Below, in pieces: positions 10,899 through 21,841 of a stretch of DNA of 64,000 bases. Numbering within the stretch: position 1 is the first letter of the stretch; every line of letters begins with the position of its first letter. The notes below the pieces were generated by a model, which saw nothing but the letters and a program-made list of their open reading frames with translations, ran no database searches and was not told the DNA's origin. Position numbers and translations under genes: made by a program. This stretch comes from Thermodesulfovibrionales bacterium (GTDB lineage Bacteria > Nitrospirota > Thermodesulfovibrionia > Thermodesulfovibrionales > UBA9159), in NCBI GenBank assembly GCA_050014695.1, contig JBEKCV010000006.1:6708-70707 (forward strand). Direction: 5' to 3'.

Positions 10899-13163
10899 TT
10901 AGAAAAAGCTCCCGAAAGCAAATTCCACCTTACTAGCCGGTTCTCCCGGCTTTCTTTGGATGTTATAGCCCCACTCAACGCGAATCGGTCCCATGGGGGA
11001 TATCCATCTGAAGCCGGTTCCCGAAGTATACCGTAATGTCCCGAACGGTTGGCCCGCGTCATATGCATTCCCCGCATCAACAAAGACGACTCCCTTGAGC
11101 CGTAATTCCGAGACAATCGGGAAGATGTATTCGTTGTTGAATATCAGTTCCTTCACCCCCCCGATGTTTTCGCCCAGGGAACCCTTCGGTCCCGCATCGC
11201 CGAAGCTGAGTCCCCTCACGGTATAGATACCGCCTACGTAGAACCTCTCATACAGGGGGAACTCCTTGTCTAATATCCCTAGTCCGTATCCCACTCGACC
11301 CCTGACCATGAAGGCCGTTTTCCCGAAAGGGAAAAACCATGCTGAATCAGCAACGCCTTTGATAAAGGCATTCGAGCCGCCGAAGCCCGCAACGGTCACA
11401 TAGATAGAATTCCTCGATCCGCTGGAGGGGTCGAGGAAATTATCTCGGGAGTCCCTGGTTAAGGACGGGGTGATGCTGCTGGTCGTCTGCTTGCCGATCT
11501 GCTCTTTGATGATCTCATCCGCGCTGGCCAATTGCACACCATATATCGTCGGTATCTCAAAGTTATAGGCGATATTCGAGCTCCAATATTCGCCGAAACT
11601 CTTCCCGAATCCGAAACCCAGACCTTCGGCTATTTTTTCGTAGTCTATGTATCTCCGGGTGTTGTAATAAATCTCAGCGTTAAAAGCAATGGGCTTGTCC
11701 ATAAACCACGGGTCCTTGAACGAAAGCTCATAGTATGACGACCTGCCGCCAAGCTCACCCTTTACTTTTACCGTTTGCCCATTCCCGAAGAGATTGCCCT
11801 GGGTTATTTCGGCCATGCCTATGAGCTTATCCACAGAGCTGTAACCGCCGCCCACACTGATAAACCCCGTTGACTTCTCCTTGACCTTGGCGTCGATATC
11901 AAGGAGTTTTTCCTCATATCTCGGTTTTGGGGACAGGTCCACGGACTCAAAAAAATTGAGGTTGTTGAGCCTCTCATAGCTGCGTTTCAGAAGGGCACTA
12001 TTGAATTCGTCGCCTTCGTCAAGTCTTATTTCCCGACGGATAACCTTATCCTTTGTCTTGACATTACCGGTTATCTCTATCCTCCCTATGTGGTAGATAT
12101 ATCCTTCTTCTATCTTATAGGTTAGGCTGACTGTCTTCGTGGCCTCATCGGGGACGAGATCAGGAAAGACATTGGCCAAGGCGTAACCATGTTGCGTATA
12201 GAGGTCCGTCATGCCGGCAATGTCCTTTTTTAACGTCTCCTTGCTGAACACGGCCCCTGGGGCCGACATGATCTTCTTTCTCAAATCGGCTTCGGAGTAA
12301 ACCTTATTGCCGGTGAGGCCTACTGATGAGATTTTGTATTGGTCTCCTTCAAAGACCTCCATGGTTATCGTCATCCCGTTCTTGTCATCGGAAATAGTTA
12401 TCTCGGGGTTAGCGACAGAGGCCTTGATATAACCATTGTTAAAGTAGAGGTCTTTAATTGATTCTAGGTCAGCAGTCATGGTCTCTCGTTTGTAGTACCC
12501 CGATGAGCTGATAAAGGAAAACATCCCCCATTCGCTGGTCTTCATCACCTTTTTGATCTTGCTCGATGACATAACCTTGTTACCCTTTATGATTATCTTC
12601 TTGATCCTGACCTTTCTCCCTTCTTCAATCTGGTACGTGAGGGAGACCTCGTTTTCCCCAATTTTATTGACAACGGGCACGATCTTGGCTAACCAGTACC
12701 CCTCATCCTCATAAAAGAGTTGCAGTTTCTGGGCGTTATCCTGTATCAGTGTTGTATCCGCAATGGAACCGACGGTTACGGCAATCTTCTCTTTCAGCTT
12801 GGCATCTTCTAGTTCCTTGTTCCCCTGGAAGTCAAGCTTAATGATTGTCGGTTTTTCCTTTACCACATAGATGAGTTTGATCCCTCCCTCCTGAGGCTCC
12901 ATCTCGGCGGTCACATCGTCAAAATACCCCATTTTATAGATATTCTTGATGTCATCGGCCACCTTTTCATTCGAAATCGGCTCGCCGCTTTTCTGGGTAA
13001 TCTTGGATTTTATCGAGCCTTCTTCAATCCGCTTAAGTCCCTTTATCTCGATTGAGGTTACGATAGGCGATTGATCTGCAAGAACATCACTAAGCCCTGT
13101 GGTAAAGAACAGTGCTGTGAGCAGCAAAAGGAACGACGCCACGCTATGGCAAACCTTGCCCAT
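10899..13163 (-). CDS. bamA: Outer membrane protein assembly factor BamA
   Basis: POTRA repeats, VRGL motif, SPMGPIR, C-terminal Phe; AAGGAGG RBS before MGKVC. Confidence 0.96.
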   Translation of the reverse strand: MGKVCHSVASFLLLLTALFFTTGLSDVLADQSPIVTSIEIKGLKRIEEGSIKSKITQKSGEPISNEKVADDIKNIYKMGYFDDVTAEMEPQEGGIKLIYVVKEKPTIIKLDFQGNKELEDAKLKEKIAVTVGSIADTTLIQDNAQKLQLFYEDEGYWLAKIVPVVNKIGENEVSLTYQIEEGRKVRIKKIIIKGNKVMSSSKIKKVMKTSEWGMFSFISSSGYYKRETMTADLESIKDLYFNNGYIKASVANPEITISDDKNGMTITMEVFEGDQYKISSVGLTGNKVYSEADLRKKIMSAPGAVFSKETLKKDIAGMTDLYTQHGYALANVFPDLVPDEATKTVSLTYKIEEGYIYHIGRIEITGNVKTKDKVIRREIRLDEGDEFNSALLKRSYERLNNLNFFESVDLSPKPRYEEKLLDIDAKVKEKSTGFISVGGGYSSVDKLIGMAEITQGNLFGNGQTVKVKGELGGRSSYYELSFKDPWFMDKPIAFNAEIYYNTRRYIDYEKIAEGLGFGFGKSFGEYWSSNIAYNFEIPTIYGVQLASADEIIKEQIGKQTTSSITPSLTRDSRDNFLDPSSGSRNSIYVTVAGFGGSNAFIKGVADSAWFFPFGKTAFMVRGRVGYGLGILDKEFPLYERFYVGGIYTVRGLSFGDAGPKGSLGENIGGVKELIFNNEYIFPIVSELRLKGVVFVDAGNAYDAGQPFGTLRYTSGTGFRWISPMGPIRVEWGYNIQRKPGEPASKVEFAFGSFF

Positions 13164-13433
13164 CTGGACCTCCTTCTCGAAGGACTCTTCTTGCGATATC
13201 CACATTATAAAAGTCAATAAATTCGCGAGTTAGTATAGCTTCGAATGAGGAATTATGTAAATAGGAAAATTGGAAGCGCGAAGGCATCCCGGCGAGTCTT
13301 CCCAGCTTTCACCACCTCGAAGCCGCCGGCCTGTCCCGTATGCTGTATCGCATGCCTTAGATAGCGGCAGGACTCTCGCCTTCGCCGCCCACCTTCCCCT
13401 TGTTGGGAGTATTCGGCAGCATGGCCATCCCAT

Positions 13434-15416
13434 CTAACGTCCAAGCTCGACAGTCTTTTTCTTTATCTCCTTAATCTTGTCCCGAAGCGCAACAGCTCGC
13501 TCAAAATCCAGTTTCTTTGCCGCTTCTTTCATTTCTTCCTCGAGCTTTCTTATGGTCTCCTCGTCGTAACGATAATCGGCGATCTCCTCAGCAACATCAA
13601 CAGTCAGGTAATCCGATTCATAGATGGAGCTCAGGATGTCCTTGATACTCGATTTCACCGTCTCCGGGGTTATGCCCATCTCCTTATTGTATTGCTCCTG
13701 AATTCCTCTCCTCCTGGCTGTTTCATCGAGTGCCCTTCTTATTGAGCCTGTAATGGTATCAGCGTAAAGAATCACTTCGCCGTTCACATTCCTCGCGGCC
13801 CTGCCGGCAGTCTGGATCAGTGACCGCTCGGAACGGAGAAAACCCTCTTTATCGGCATCGAGGATCGCGACCAAAGAGACTTCAGGGAGATCGAGCCCCT
13901 CTCTGAGGAGATTTACCCCCACCAGGACATCATATTTGCCCTGACGGAGATCTCTTATGAGTTCGACGCGCTGCAGGGTATCGATGTCTGAATGCAGATA
14001 GCGAGCCCGTATGCCCAACTCGATATAATAATCTGTGAGGTCTTCGGCCATCTTCTTGGTCAGTGTTGTGATGAGAACCCGCTCTGCCCTTGCAGCCCTC
14101 TGTTGAATTGCAGAGAGAAGATCATCCACCTGTCCGGAGATGGGTCTCACCTTCATCTCAGGGTCAGTCAGCCCCGTTGGCCTTATTATCTGTTCCACGA
14201 CCCTGCCGCGTGATTTTTCGAGTTCATAAGGCCCCGGTGTCGCTGATACATAGATCGCCTGGGTTACCCTGTGTTCAAATTCCGTAAAGGTGAGGGGTCG
14301 GTTGTCCAGGGCGGAGGGCAGCCTGAAGCCGAAATCTACAAGGGTCTGTTTCCTCGACCTGTCACCTGCATACATGCCGCCGACCTGAGGGACAGTGGCG
14401 TGGGATTCGTCTATTACGATAAGAAAGTCCTCCGGGAAGTAATCAATGAGGGTATAGGGCGGCTCTCCGGCAGACCTACCACTCAGATGCCGCGAGTAGT
14501 TTTCGATACCATGGCAATAGCCGAATTCCTTGAGCATCTCGAGGTCAAACCGTGTCCTCTGCTCAATCCTCTGTGCCTCCGCAGCCTTCCCTTCTCTGAG
14601 AAAGCATTCGCGCTGTTCCCTCATTTCATCTTCTATCCTTTTGAGTGCAGGCTCCAGGCGCTCCCTCGGAGTAATCCAATGGCTATTCGGGAAAAGGGCA
14701 AATTTCGCTATCCTCCTGAGCCTCTCACCCGTCAAGGGATCGAACTCGGAGATCGCATCGATATCGTCACCGAAAAATTCTATCCGCATCGCCCTATTAA
14801 GAGAAAATGACGGGTAAACCTCGACACTGTCTCCCCTCACCCTGAAGGACCCCCTTCTGAAATCCTTATCGGAGCGGACATATTGCATATTCACCAAGCT
14901 TTCGAGGATCCTGTCCCTCTCCGCATGCATCCCCTCTTCAACGATAAGATGCATTTCCAAATAATCCTGAGGAGAACCGATCCCGTAGATGCATGAGACA
15001 GAGGCCACAACTATGGTGTCCCTCCTCTCGAGGACAGCCCTGGTGGCGGAATGACGTAACCTGTCTATATCGTCATTGATCATGGCGTCCTTCTCGATAT
15101 AGGTATCGGTGGTGGGGATGTATGCCTCAGGCTGGTAGTAATCGTAATAGCTCACAAAGAACTCAACTGCGTTGCCGGGGAACAATTCCTTAAACTCGCC
15201 GTATAACTGGGCGGCAAGGGTCTTGTTGTGGGCGATAACGAGCGTCGGTTTCCGGACATTGGCAATCACATTGGCAATCGTGAAGGTCTTGCCCGAGCCC
15301 GTGACGCCAAGAAGGGTCTGATGCCTTAAGCCTTTCTTAATACCCGCAGTTAATTCCGCGATTGCCCTTGGCTGGTCGCCCTGAGGAGTAAAAACAGTGG
15401 AGAGTTCAAAGTCCAT
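13434..15416 (-). CDS. uvrB: Excinuclease ABC subunit B
   Basis: [29 protein letters not shown]-terminal UVR domain. Confidence 0.98.
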   Translation of the reverse strand: MDFELSTVFTPQGDQPRAIAELTAGIKKGLRHQTLLGVTGSGKTFTIANVIANVRKPTLVIAHNKTLAAQLYGEFKELFPGNAVEFFVSYYDYYQPEAYIPTTDTYIEKDAMINDDIDRLRHSATRAVLERRDTIVVASVSCIYGIGSPQDYLEMHLIVEEGMHAERDRILESLVNMQYVRSDKDFRRGSFRVRGDSVEVYPSFSLNRAMRIEFFGDDIDAISEFDPLTGERLRRIAKFALFPNSHWITPRERLEPALKRIEDEMREQRECFLREGKAAEAQRIEQRTRFDLEMLKEFGYCHGIENYSRHLSGRSAGEPPYTLIDYFPEDFLIVIDESHATVPQVGGMYAGDRSRKQTLVDFGFRLPSALDNRPLTFTEFEHRVTQAIYVSATPGPYELEKSRGRVVEQIIRPTGLTDPEMKVRPISGQVDDLLSAIQQRAARAERVLITTLTKKMAEDLTDYYIELGIRARYLHSDIDTLQRVELIRDLRQGKYDVLVGVNLLREGLDLPEVSLVAILDADKEGFLRSERSLIQTAGRAARNVNGEVILYADTITGSIRRALDETARRRGIQEQYNKEMGITPETVKSSIKDILSSIYESDYLTVDVAEEIADYRYDEETIRKLEEEMKEAAKKLDFERAVALRDKIKEIKKKTVELGR

Positions 15417-16064
15417 GGAATATTCTACCAGTTTGGATGGATATTATCGTCGCGTCCGGTTTCGGTTTGCCTTTGGTCGAGTGGGGAACAAAACTCCGGA
15501 GCGATCTCGAGACCATATGCTCATCCCCTGAACGACAGGAAGAAGGCGCTTCTTGCGAGTAGCAGACCTCACGGCAGCTCTCCCCTGCAGGCGCAAATTT
15601 CGCCGCCGGAATCGAGCCCTCCCAAGCCGGTGAACTCATACCCCGCGCTCGCGCCAAGGAGACTCATCAAAAGCACCTACATGCTCTCGTGCAACCGGCG
15701 TCGCCGAGTGTTGCCTGGGAGTTTGGGTTATCAGAAAGACCGAGCAGCCGTCCAAAACGGCTGAGTATCAAATCTGGCGAAGTGTTTTACACGCTACCTA
15801 TGGAACGTTTCACCTCGCGGGGCGTTGAGCATGTCCTAGGAGCGCCAGTCGGGCACGCTGCGCCTTCTCGTCTCACAATGCGGCCCAAAACAGAAACCCA
15901 TTTTTGACAAGCGTGAGATTCTTGCGATCCTTCAGGGGGAAATTGCGGGGATGCGAGAATAAGGAAATTACATGTTATTTACCGATTGACCGGCGAGAAA
16001 ATCCCCCGCAAAAAAAAGGGATTATGGAATGCCTTGCGCGCCCTGTAACGACAATAACAGTAGG

Positions 16065-16611
16065 CTATTTCTCCTCATTCATTTTGCCGTTCATCTTAAA
16101 CCACCCGATGCTTCCCTGGAGGTTGCCTGAAAGGTGTGACAGTTCATTGGTAGCAGAAGTAATCTGAGTGATAGCTTTTTGGGAAGTCTTTGCCACACTG
16201 GAGATATTTTCCATCGTCGTCGAGACCTCTTCCATCGCCGTTGACTGCTGCTCCGTAGCCGTGGCGATCATGCGGACCATGTCGAGACAGCGTTCGGATG
16301 CCTGAACAATTCTGTGCAAAGATTCCCTGGATTTTCAGCTGCTTTCACCCCTTCTTCAACCTTCTCCTTGCCGTCTGCCATGCTCCTGACTGAGCTGTGC
16401 TGTTTTTGCAGATACCTCCTCCGAGTTCTTCGTGAGGGTACTGGTCATGTCGGAGATTTTTTTATCGTTTCCCTGAGGTTTTCTACCATCTGCTCGAAGC
16501 TCTTCGCCATATCGCCGACCTCATCATCGGTTGTCACGTGGAGACAGCCATCAAGATTACCAGGGCTGTGCCAACGACCCCATAGAGTTTCTTCGTCAGC
16601 GTCAGTTTCAT
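16065..16611 (-). pseudogene. Collapsed methyl-accepting chemotaxis protein pseudogene
   Basis: Out-of-frame pieces in MCP order: TM1 MKLTLTKKLYGVVGTALVILMAV; HAMP end HVTTDDEVGDMAKSFEQMVENLRE; STLTKNSEEVSA; SVRSMADGKEKVEEG; C-terminus IATATEQQSTAMEEV...GWFK. Sensor domain and signalling tip are missing. Confidence 0.85.
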
Positions 16612-16685
16612 TTGGATCTTCTGAGACAACAACGAATACGCCAGGTTAGAGTTGCGGCGTTCATCTCGCCGATCTCCGAAAGATT

Positions 16686-18647
16686 TTACGTTGTCCCGTT
16701 CCCGGACTCACTCTTGACCTTTTCGAGAAGATCCACAATCTGCTGCGATACGCCGTTCATGTCTTTGTATATCTGCTCGGCCTTTGCCTGGTTCCCCGCG
16801 TTGTGTGCTGCGACAGCTTCCTTTGCAAGGCCATGTATCCTTTCGTGAGGCTGGTCAATGATACGATAACTGGGCAGGGCACCGCATATCGCCTTGCCCT
16901 CACTAAAGTACCACTTGCCGAATCTGCATGTACGGTGGTCGGGCAATGCTGACGGGTCAATGGTTACTTCACCTTTCAGGCACGCCCCGATCTTGCCTAT
17001 GAACAGACGGTGGTCATTTTTGGCTAAATCAAGGATGATCAATGAGGTCTCCCTGGTCTTGATTCCAGATGTATGCTGCCTCAATTCCTCTGCTATCTCT
17101 GTCAGCTTACGCACCTCTTGCACCACATCATCAGCCACGCCCTCCATACCCCTTGCTATCGCTGACGTCTTCTCGATATTCCCTGAGACCTCTTCTGCGG
17201 CCGCTGACTGTTCGTCGACCGCTGTGGCTATCTGGGTTATCTGGTCACGAACCTTCTGAACTTCCGTAACCATGGAATCAAGGGAGTTCCCCACATTCCG
17301 CATGTACTGAGTTGCCTTCGTAACTTCCTCTGATGCCCCACTCATCGACTTCATCGTCTCTTGTGATTCGGTCTGCACCGCTCCTATCTTCCCTGATATC
17401 TCCGTTGTTGCCTTTATCGTCCTCTCGGCGAGCTTTCTCACCTCGTCTGCTACAACGGCAAAGCCTCTACCCTGCTCTCCTGCCCTCGCTGCCTCAATCG
17501 CAGCATTGAGCGCGAGTAGGTTCGTCTGGTCTGCGATGTCCTTGATTACCGTTACGATGTCGCCTATCTCTCCGACACGGCTGTTCAGCTTCTCCACCAT
17601 CGAGGCGAGCTCTACCGTCGAAGTAAAAACCCTGTTTACGGTCTCAACCGCCCCATCAGCCACTTTCTTACCGCCTGCGGCTATCTCCATTGCTTCGACT
17701 GAGGTCTCCGCGGCGGAGGCTGCGTTTTTGGCTATATCCGTGATCGTCTGGCTCATCTCCTCGGCTGCCGTTGCTATCTGCGTTGCCTGACCCGCCTGGC
17801 TCTGGGCGTCCCTTGTTGTCTTGTCACCCGTGATCCGCAATGTTTCCATGACCGGTATGATTTTGCCGACCGTCACGGCTATGCCATTCAGCACGGTGCT
17901 AAATTTCTTCACAACTTTGTTTACATTGTCTGACACCATGCCCACTTCATCTTTGCCGTCATAGGGAAGAACAAAATCCATGTTTCCTTCTGCTGCTTCT
18001 TGCAGGCGGCCTGTTAACCGTATGAGGGGTCTTAATGTGATGCTGACAATCATTAGTGTAAACCCGGTCACAGCTATTATGCCGCCGATGCCCAATGCGC
18101 CATAGAGATACTGCAGAGACCGTATCCTGCCGAATGAATCTGTCAGCGGTATCCTGATGCTTATAGCACCCAGGACCTCTCCTGCCCTCACCTTATGGCA
18201 GGAAAGGCACTTTTCCCCCAGTGCGGCCCCCGGTTGCGCCACATAGGGATATACGCCACGGATGAACGAGCCTTCAAGCTGAACCTTCTCAGTCCCCCTT
18301 TGTATGACGTCTCTTTCGAGATCATCAGCAGGATAATCTTCGGTCTTACCTTTACCGTAGTCTCTGTCGAGGATGGGTGCCCGTATGATCCTGATATCGG
18401 CGACCTTTTTCATCTCTTCGAGGAAAGATTTTTCCGATTCCTTATAATTTTCGGTTGTCATCAACATGGTGAGGGAATTCAGGACTGTTTCCCGATATCC
18501 CTTGAGTGATGAGTTTTCGACCTCACCAAGTACAATTTCCTTTGTTTTACTCCCGGTAACAAAGATCGTGATCGCTATCCCAACTGTAACTAAAGCAATT
18601 ATCGGAAGTGCCGTTTTCCATTTTAGCGAGACGTCTTTGAACTTCAT
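16686..18647 (-). CDS. MCP with periplasmic c-type heme sensor, HAMP, signalling domain and C-terminal CZB domain
   Basis: Two TM helices flanking CLSCH (18195-18209), [21 protein letters not shown]-terminal DHRLF...CRFGKWY...HERIH. Confidence 0.93.
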   Translation of the reverse strand: MKFKDVSLKWKTALPIIALVTVGIAITIFVTGSKTKEIVLGEVENSSLKGYRETVLNSLTMLMTTENYKESEKSFLEEMKKVADIRIIRAPILDRDYGKGKTEDYPADDLERDVIQRGTEKVQLEGSFIRGVYPYVAQPGAALGEKCLSCHKVRAGEVLGAISIRIPLTDSFGRIRSLQYLYGALGIGGIIAVTGFTLMIVSITLRPLIRLTGRLQEAAEGNMDFVLPYDGKDEVGMVSDNVNKVVKKFSTVLNGIAVTVGKIIPVMETLRITGDKTTRDAQSQAGQATQIATAAEEMSQTITDIAKNAASAAETSVEAMEIAAGGKKVADGAVETVNRVFTSTVELASMVEKLNSRVGEIGDIVTVIKDIADQTNLLALNAAIEAARAGEQGRGFAVVADEVRKLAERTIKATTEISGKIGAVQTESQETMKSMSGASEEVTKATQYMRNVGNSLDSMVTEVQKVRDQITQIATAVDEQSAAAEEVSGNIEKTSAIARGMEGVADDVVQEVRKLTEIAEELRQHTSGIKTRETSLIILDLAKNDHRLFIGKIGACLKGEVTIDPSALPDHRTCRFGKWYFSEGKAICGALPSYRIIDQPHERIHGLAKEAVAAHNAGNQAKAEQIYKDMNGVSQQIVDLLEKVKSESGNGTT

Positions 18648-18744
18648 ACCTCTTCCTCCTTTGTACTAAGAAAATAAGATCCCGTACTTATCATGCGGAG
18701 AGAGCATTTCCAGACAGGGTCTCTGGACCCCTGCGGAGAACTCC

Positions 18745-19224
18745 TCAGTTATTCGTTGACAATGAAGTTACCGCGTGGAGACCATCATGCCCGAGGAGCT
18801 TATCGATATCAAGGAGTATTAAGAGCCTGTCTTCGAGTTTCCCCACCCCTCTTATGAACTCGGAGCCATCCCCACCCGTCATGGGCGGAGGCGGTTCAAC
18901 CGTATCTGATGGAAGTCTCAGGACTTCCGATACGGAATCGACAATGAGCCCGACGGTAGTACCCACATCAACGACCATGATCCTCGATTGCGCATCAGCA
19001 GCCTTTGTCTCCAGACCGAATTTCTTCCTCAGGTTTATCACGGGGATGACTTTCCCCCGCAGGTTGATAACGCCCTCCACGTACCCAGGGGTGTTCGGAA
19101 CAGCCGTTATATTCACCATCCGGTTGATCTCCTGGACCTTTAGGATGTCCGTGGCGTATTCTTCACCGCCCAGTTTGAAGGTCACCAGTTGCAATATCTC
19201 AGTACTGGCTGCCAATGCACTCAT
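18745..19224 (-). CDS. cheW: Chemotaxis coupling protein CheW
   Basis: LQLVTFKL, VEGVINLRGKVIPVI, GLIVDSVSEV; AAAGGAGG RBS before MSALAA. Confidence 0.95.
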   Translation of the reverse strand: MSALAASTEILQLVTFKLGGEEYATDILKVQEINRMVNITAVPNTPGYVEGVINLRGKVIPVINLRKKFGLETKAADAQSRIMVVDVGTTVGLIVDSVSEVLRLPSDTVEPPPPMTGGDGSEFIRGVGKLEDRLLILLDIDKLLGHDGLHAVTSLSTNN

Positions 19225-19270
19225 ATTTTCCTCCTTTGGAACACGTACCCACACTGAACCATATACACTC

Positions 19271-19297
19271 TTATCGGCCTAAAGAGAGAAAACTTTA
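19271..19297 (-). promoter_or_regulatory. Sigma-28 (FliA) promoter for cheW-MCP
   Basis: Minus strand TAAA-GTTTTCTCTCTTTAG(15)-GCCGATAA, an exact consensus match. Confidence 0.9.
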
Positions 19298-19305
19298 GAG
19301 CGACG

Positions 19306-20355
19306 CTACACAGCATTGACCATCTCTCCCGCCATCTCTTCGATCGGAAGGATCTTGTCCGCTATGCCTGCATCCACCACCGCTTTTGGCATCCCATATA
19401 CAACGCAAGTCTCCTCGTTCTGGGCAAAAACCCGCCCGCCGTTCTTTTTCAGGGCGGCGAGTCCCTTCAGCCCGTCGTTTCCCATACCAGTCAGTATCAC
19501 GCCGAGGGCCCTGCCGGGAAAAAGTTCGGCCACTGAAAGCATCAGGGCATCCACCGACGGGCGGTAAACAAACTCTTCCTTGTTCGCGGAGATGCTGATT
19601 ACCGGTTCGATACCCCTCTTTCTTGACACCCTCATATGCCCGAACCCGGGGGCTATGAAGACGACTCCGGGTTTGAGCGGCTCTCCTTCTTCTGCCTCTT
19701 TCACTATGAGCTGACTGAGCTGATTGAGCCTGTCGGCGAAGGGACCAGTGAAGCTGGCGGGCATATGCTGAGCGATGACGATCGGAACGGGAAACTCCTT
19801 CGGCAGTTTTGGAATAATGTCCTGAAGCGCCCGGGGTCCACCCGTTGAAGTCCCTATGGATACGATCCCTATCCGTCTCTCGCCTGTTGTTCTGACAGGC
19901 ATGGATTGAGGAATCGCGACCGATCGTCTGTCTTCTTCTCTGATCCGTTTTCTTACCACCCCTTTCCGGCCGAGGTGTTTCACTTTATCAATCAATAGCT
20001 CTTTGAGTTTTACGATATTGATGGATAGGTCGGAGAGGTTCTTTGGAAGAAAATCAACAGCACCCATGTCGAGGGCGTCCAGCGTGACCTTTGCGCCGTC
20101 AGTGGTCAGAGAACTGACCATAATGACGGGGACCGGGTTCTTCGCCATAATTTGCTTCAAGGCTGTGATGCCGTCCATCCGCGGCATCTCGACGTCAAGG
20201 GTGACGATGTCGGGTTTCAAGGCTTGCACCTTTTCGATCGCCTCCAGGCCGTCCCGTGCCGTCCCCACAATGGTAATCTCGGGATCGGAGGAAAGCATGG
20301 CTGACAGTGCATTCCTCATGAATGCCGAGTCATCGACGATGAGAACCTTTACCAC
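19306..20355 (-). CDS. cheB: Chemotaxis methylesterase CheB
   Basis: REC domain plus GTSTGGP, QHMP, RPSVD, LTGMGNDG. Confidence 0.97.
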   Translation of the reverse strand: MVKVLIVDDSAFMRNALSAMLSSDPEITIVGTARDGLEAIEKVQALKPDIVTLDVEMPRMDGITALKQIMAKNPVPVIMVSSLTTDGAKVTLDALDMGAVDFLPKNLSDLSINIVKLKELLIDKVKHLGRKGVVRKRIREEDRRSVAIPQSMPVRTTGERRIGIVSIGTSTGGPRALQDIIPKLPKEFPVPIVIAQHMPASFTGPFADRLNQLSQLIVKEAEEGEPLKPGVVFIAPGFGHMRVSRKRGIEPVISISANKEEFVYRPSVDALMLSVAELFPGRALGVILTGMGNDGLKGLAALKKNGGRVFAQNEETCVVYGMPKAVVDAGIADKILPIEEMAGEMVNAV

Positions 20356-20635
20356 TATCGCACTCCTCCCTCATCCAAATCAATACGGGTTAAGATGGCG
20401 CTGAGACAGCCTCCGGTTCACTGCAAAGCTGCTTCGCTTTTTCCCTGCTCTCTGTGCTCTGTGCTGCAACTGCTTACATTCTTTCTATACGCTGTTGCCT
20501 TTGTAACCTTTCCTCATGCATCGCCCACGGATTTGGCCCGCTGCTCTGCTTCAGTTTGCACCGCTTCAATCCTCCCCGAAATCCTGGACGTTGGTTGCCT
20601 TCCGTTTCCGCCCTCAATCCGGCGGATATCCCGCT

Positions 20636-21832
20636 TTAAAACCCGAAGTCCTTCAGGAGGTCGTCCACATCAGCCTGAGACACCTCCTCAGGTGTTATCC
20701 TCTCGGTTTTTGCCCCTTGCTCTATCTTGACTCCAAATGAGGCTATCAGCCTTACGAGTTCCTCCTCTATTTCTCCGACCAGTTTTATGACCTTCTTTAT
20801 CGTCTGACCAGTCAGGTCCTGAAATGATTGTGTCGTGAGTATCTCAGTGAGATCGTCTTCGAGCCCGTTTTTGAAGGTCTTCAGATATGTTACAGACTCT
20901 TCGGGCTCCTTGATATTTCTGATATGCAAGGCAAGCTCATCCATCTTCAAAATGTGCCTCTCAACGATGCTCATGGTTCTGTTGGCCGCTTCCTCAGTCT
21001 TATCGATCACGAATTGAAGTCTGTCGACCGCGTTGGGCATCTCCGTGGTGGCTAACCCTTTCAGCTTTGGGTCGAGGGCCTCTTTAAAACTTCTGATCGA
21101 ATCATGGAGTTTTCGGGTAACCTTTCCGACCTCTCTGAAAAGGTCGCCCTGGCCCTTCTTCAGGATGTCATGGATCGCTCCGTCCGCGGCCTCATAATCC
21201 TGGATGGCAATGGCGTTCATAAAGTTAACGACGTCGTCAAATATGACGAACCGGGGGTCATCGCTGTTTACCCCCCTCTTTTCAAAAAACTTTTTTGCAT
21301 CCTGGAGTTCTCTCACTTCCATCTGCCCTGCCATGGTCTGGACTGTCTTCACGACCTCCACCGTGTCTCTGCTGCCCGTCTCTTTGACGTCCACGACGAC
21401 ATCTTCGAAAAGGCTCGCATCTTCCGACGGAATCAACTTTTTCGGGTCCAGGAGAACGACGAGCCTGTTGTCCACTTTTGCAACCCCTTCGACCTGCTCA
21501 ACATCTCCATGGAGAAATTGCTCTGGATGCTCCACCGCTGACTCATCAATGTTGATGACGCCGGTAATCCCGTCCACGAGTATGCCGAAGGTAATCCTCC
21601 CGCTGGCAACCACAATGATTTTACTCCCCTTGCTTCCGTTGTCACCGATGTTTACCAGTTTCTTGAGATTGATGATGGGGATAACGGAGCCCCTCAGATT
21701 GGTGACCCCTTCAATATACGCGGGCGCTTGAGGCATCCTGGTTATGACAGGCATCGTGACGATCTCACGAACCTTGAGTATGGGTATGGTATATTCACCG
21801 TCATTGAGATGAAATCCGATATATTGTTGCAT
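20636..21832 (-). CDS. CheW-CheZ fusion protein
   Basis: aa ~1-135 CheW fold (IEGVTNLRGSVIPII, FGILVDGI); aa ~230-398 CheZ (EVGKVTRKLHD, TEEAANRTM, QSFQDLTGQ, C-terminal SQADVDDLLKDFGF). Confidence 0.9.
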   Translation of the reverse strand: MQQYIGFHLNDGEYTIPILKVREIVTMPVITRMPQAPAYIEGVTNLRGSVIPIINLKKLVNIGDNGSKGSKIIVVASGRITFGILVDGITGVINIDESAVEHPEQFLHGDVEQVEGVAKVDNRLVVLLDPKKLIPSEDASLFEDVVVDVKETGSRDTVEVVKTVQTMAGQMEVRELQDAKKFFEKRGVNSDDPRFVIFDDVVNFMNAIAIQDYEAADGAIHDILKKGQGDLFREVGKVTRKLHDSIRSFKEALDPKLKGLATTEMPNAVDRLQFVIDKTEEAANRTMSIVERHILKMDELALHIRNIKEPEESVTYLKTFKNGLEDDLTEILTTQSFQDLTGQTIKKVIKLVGEIEEELVRLIASFGVKIEQGAKTERITPEEVSQADVDDLLKDFGF

Positions 21833-21841
21833 GGCTCCTCC

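Noticed and set aside
15450-15476. Minus-strand GGCAAACC-GAAA-CCGGACGC resembling a c-di-GMP-I riboswitch
   Set aside because: Stem too short, GCAAAG and the second hairpin are missing, and it lies upstream of the predicted uvrB -10
20400-20635. GAGGAAAG on the minus strand of the cheW/Z-cheB spacer, suggesting RNase P RNA
   Set aside because: No GAGGAAAGUCC and no 3' P4 partner; region too short
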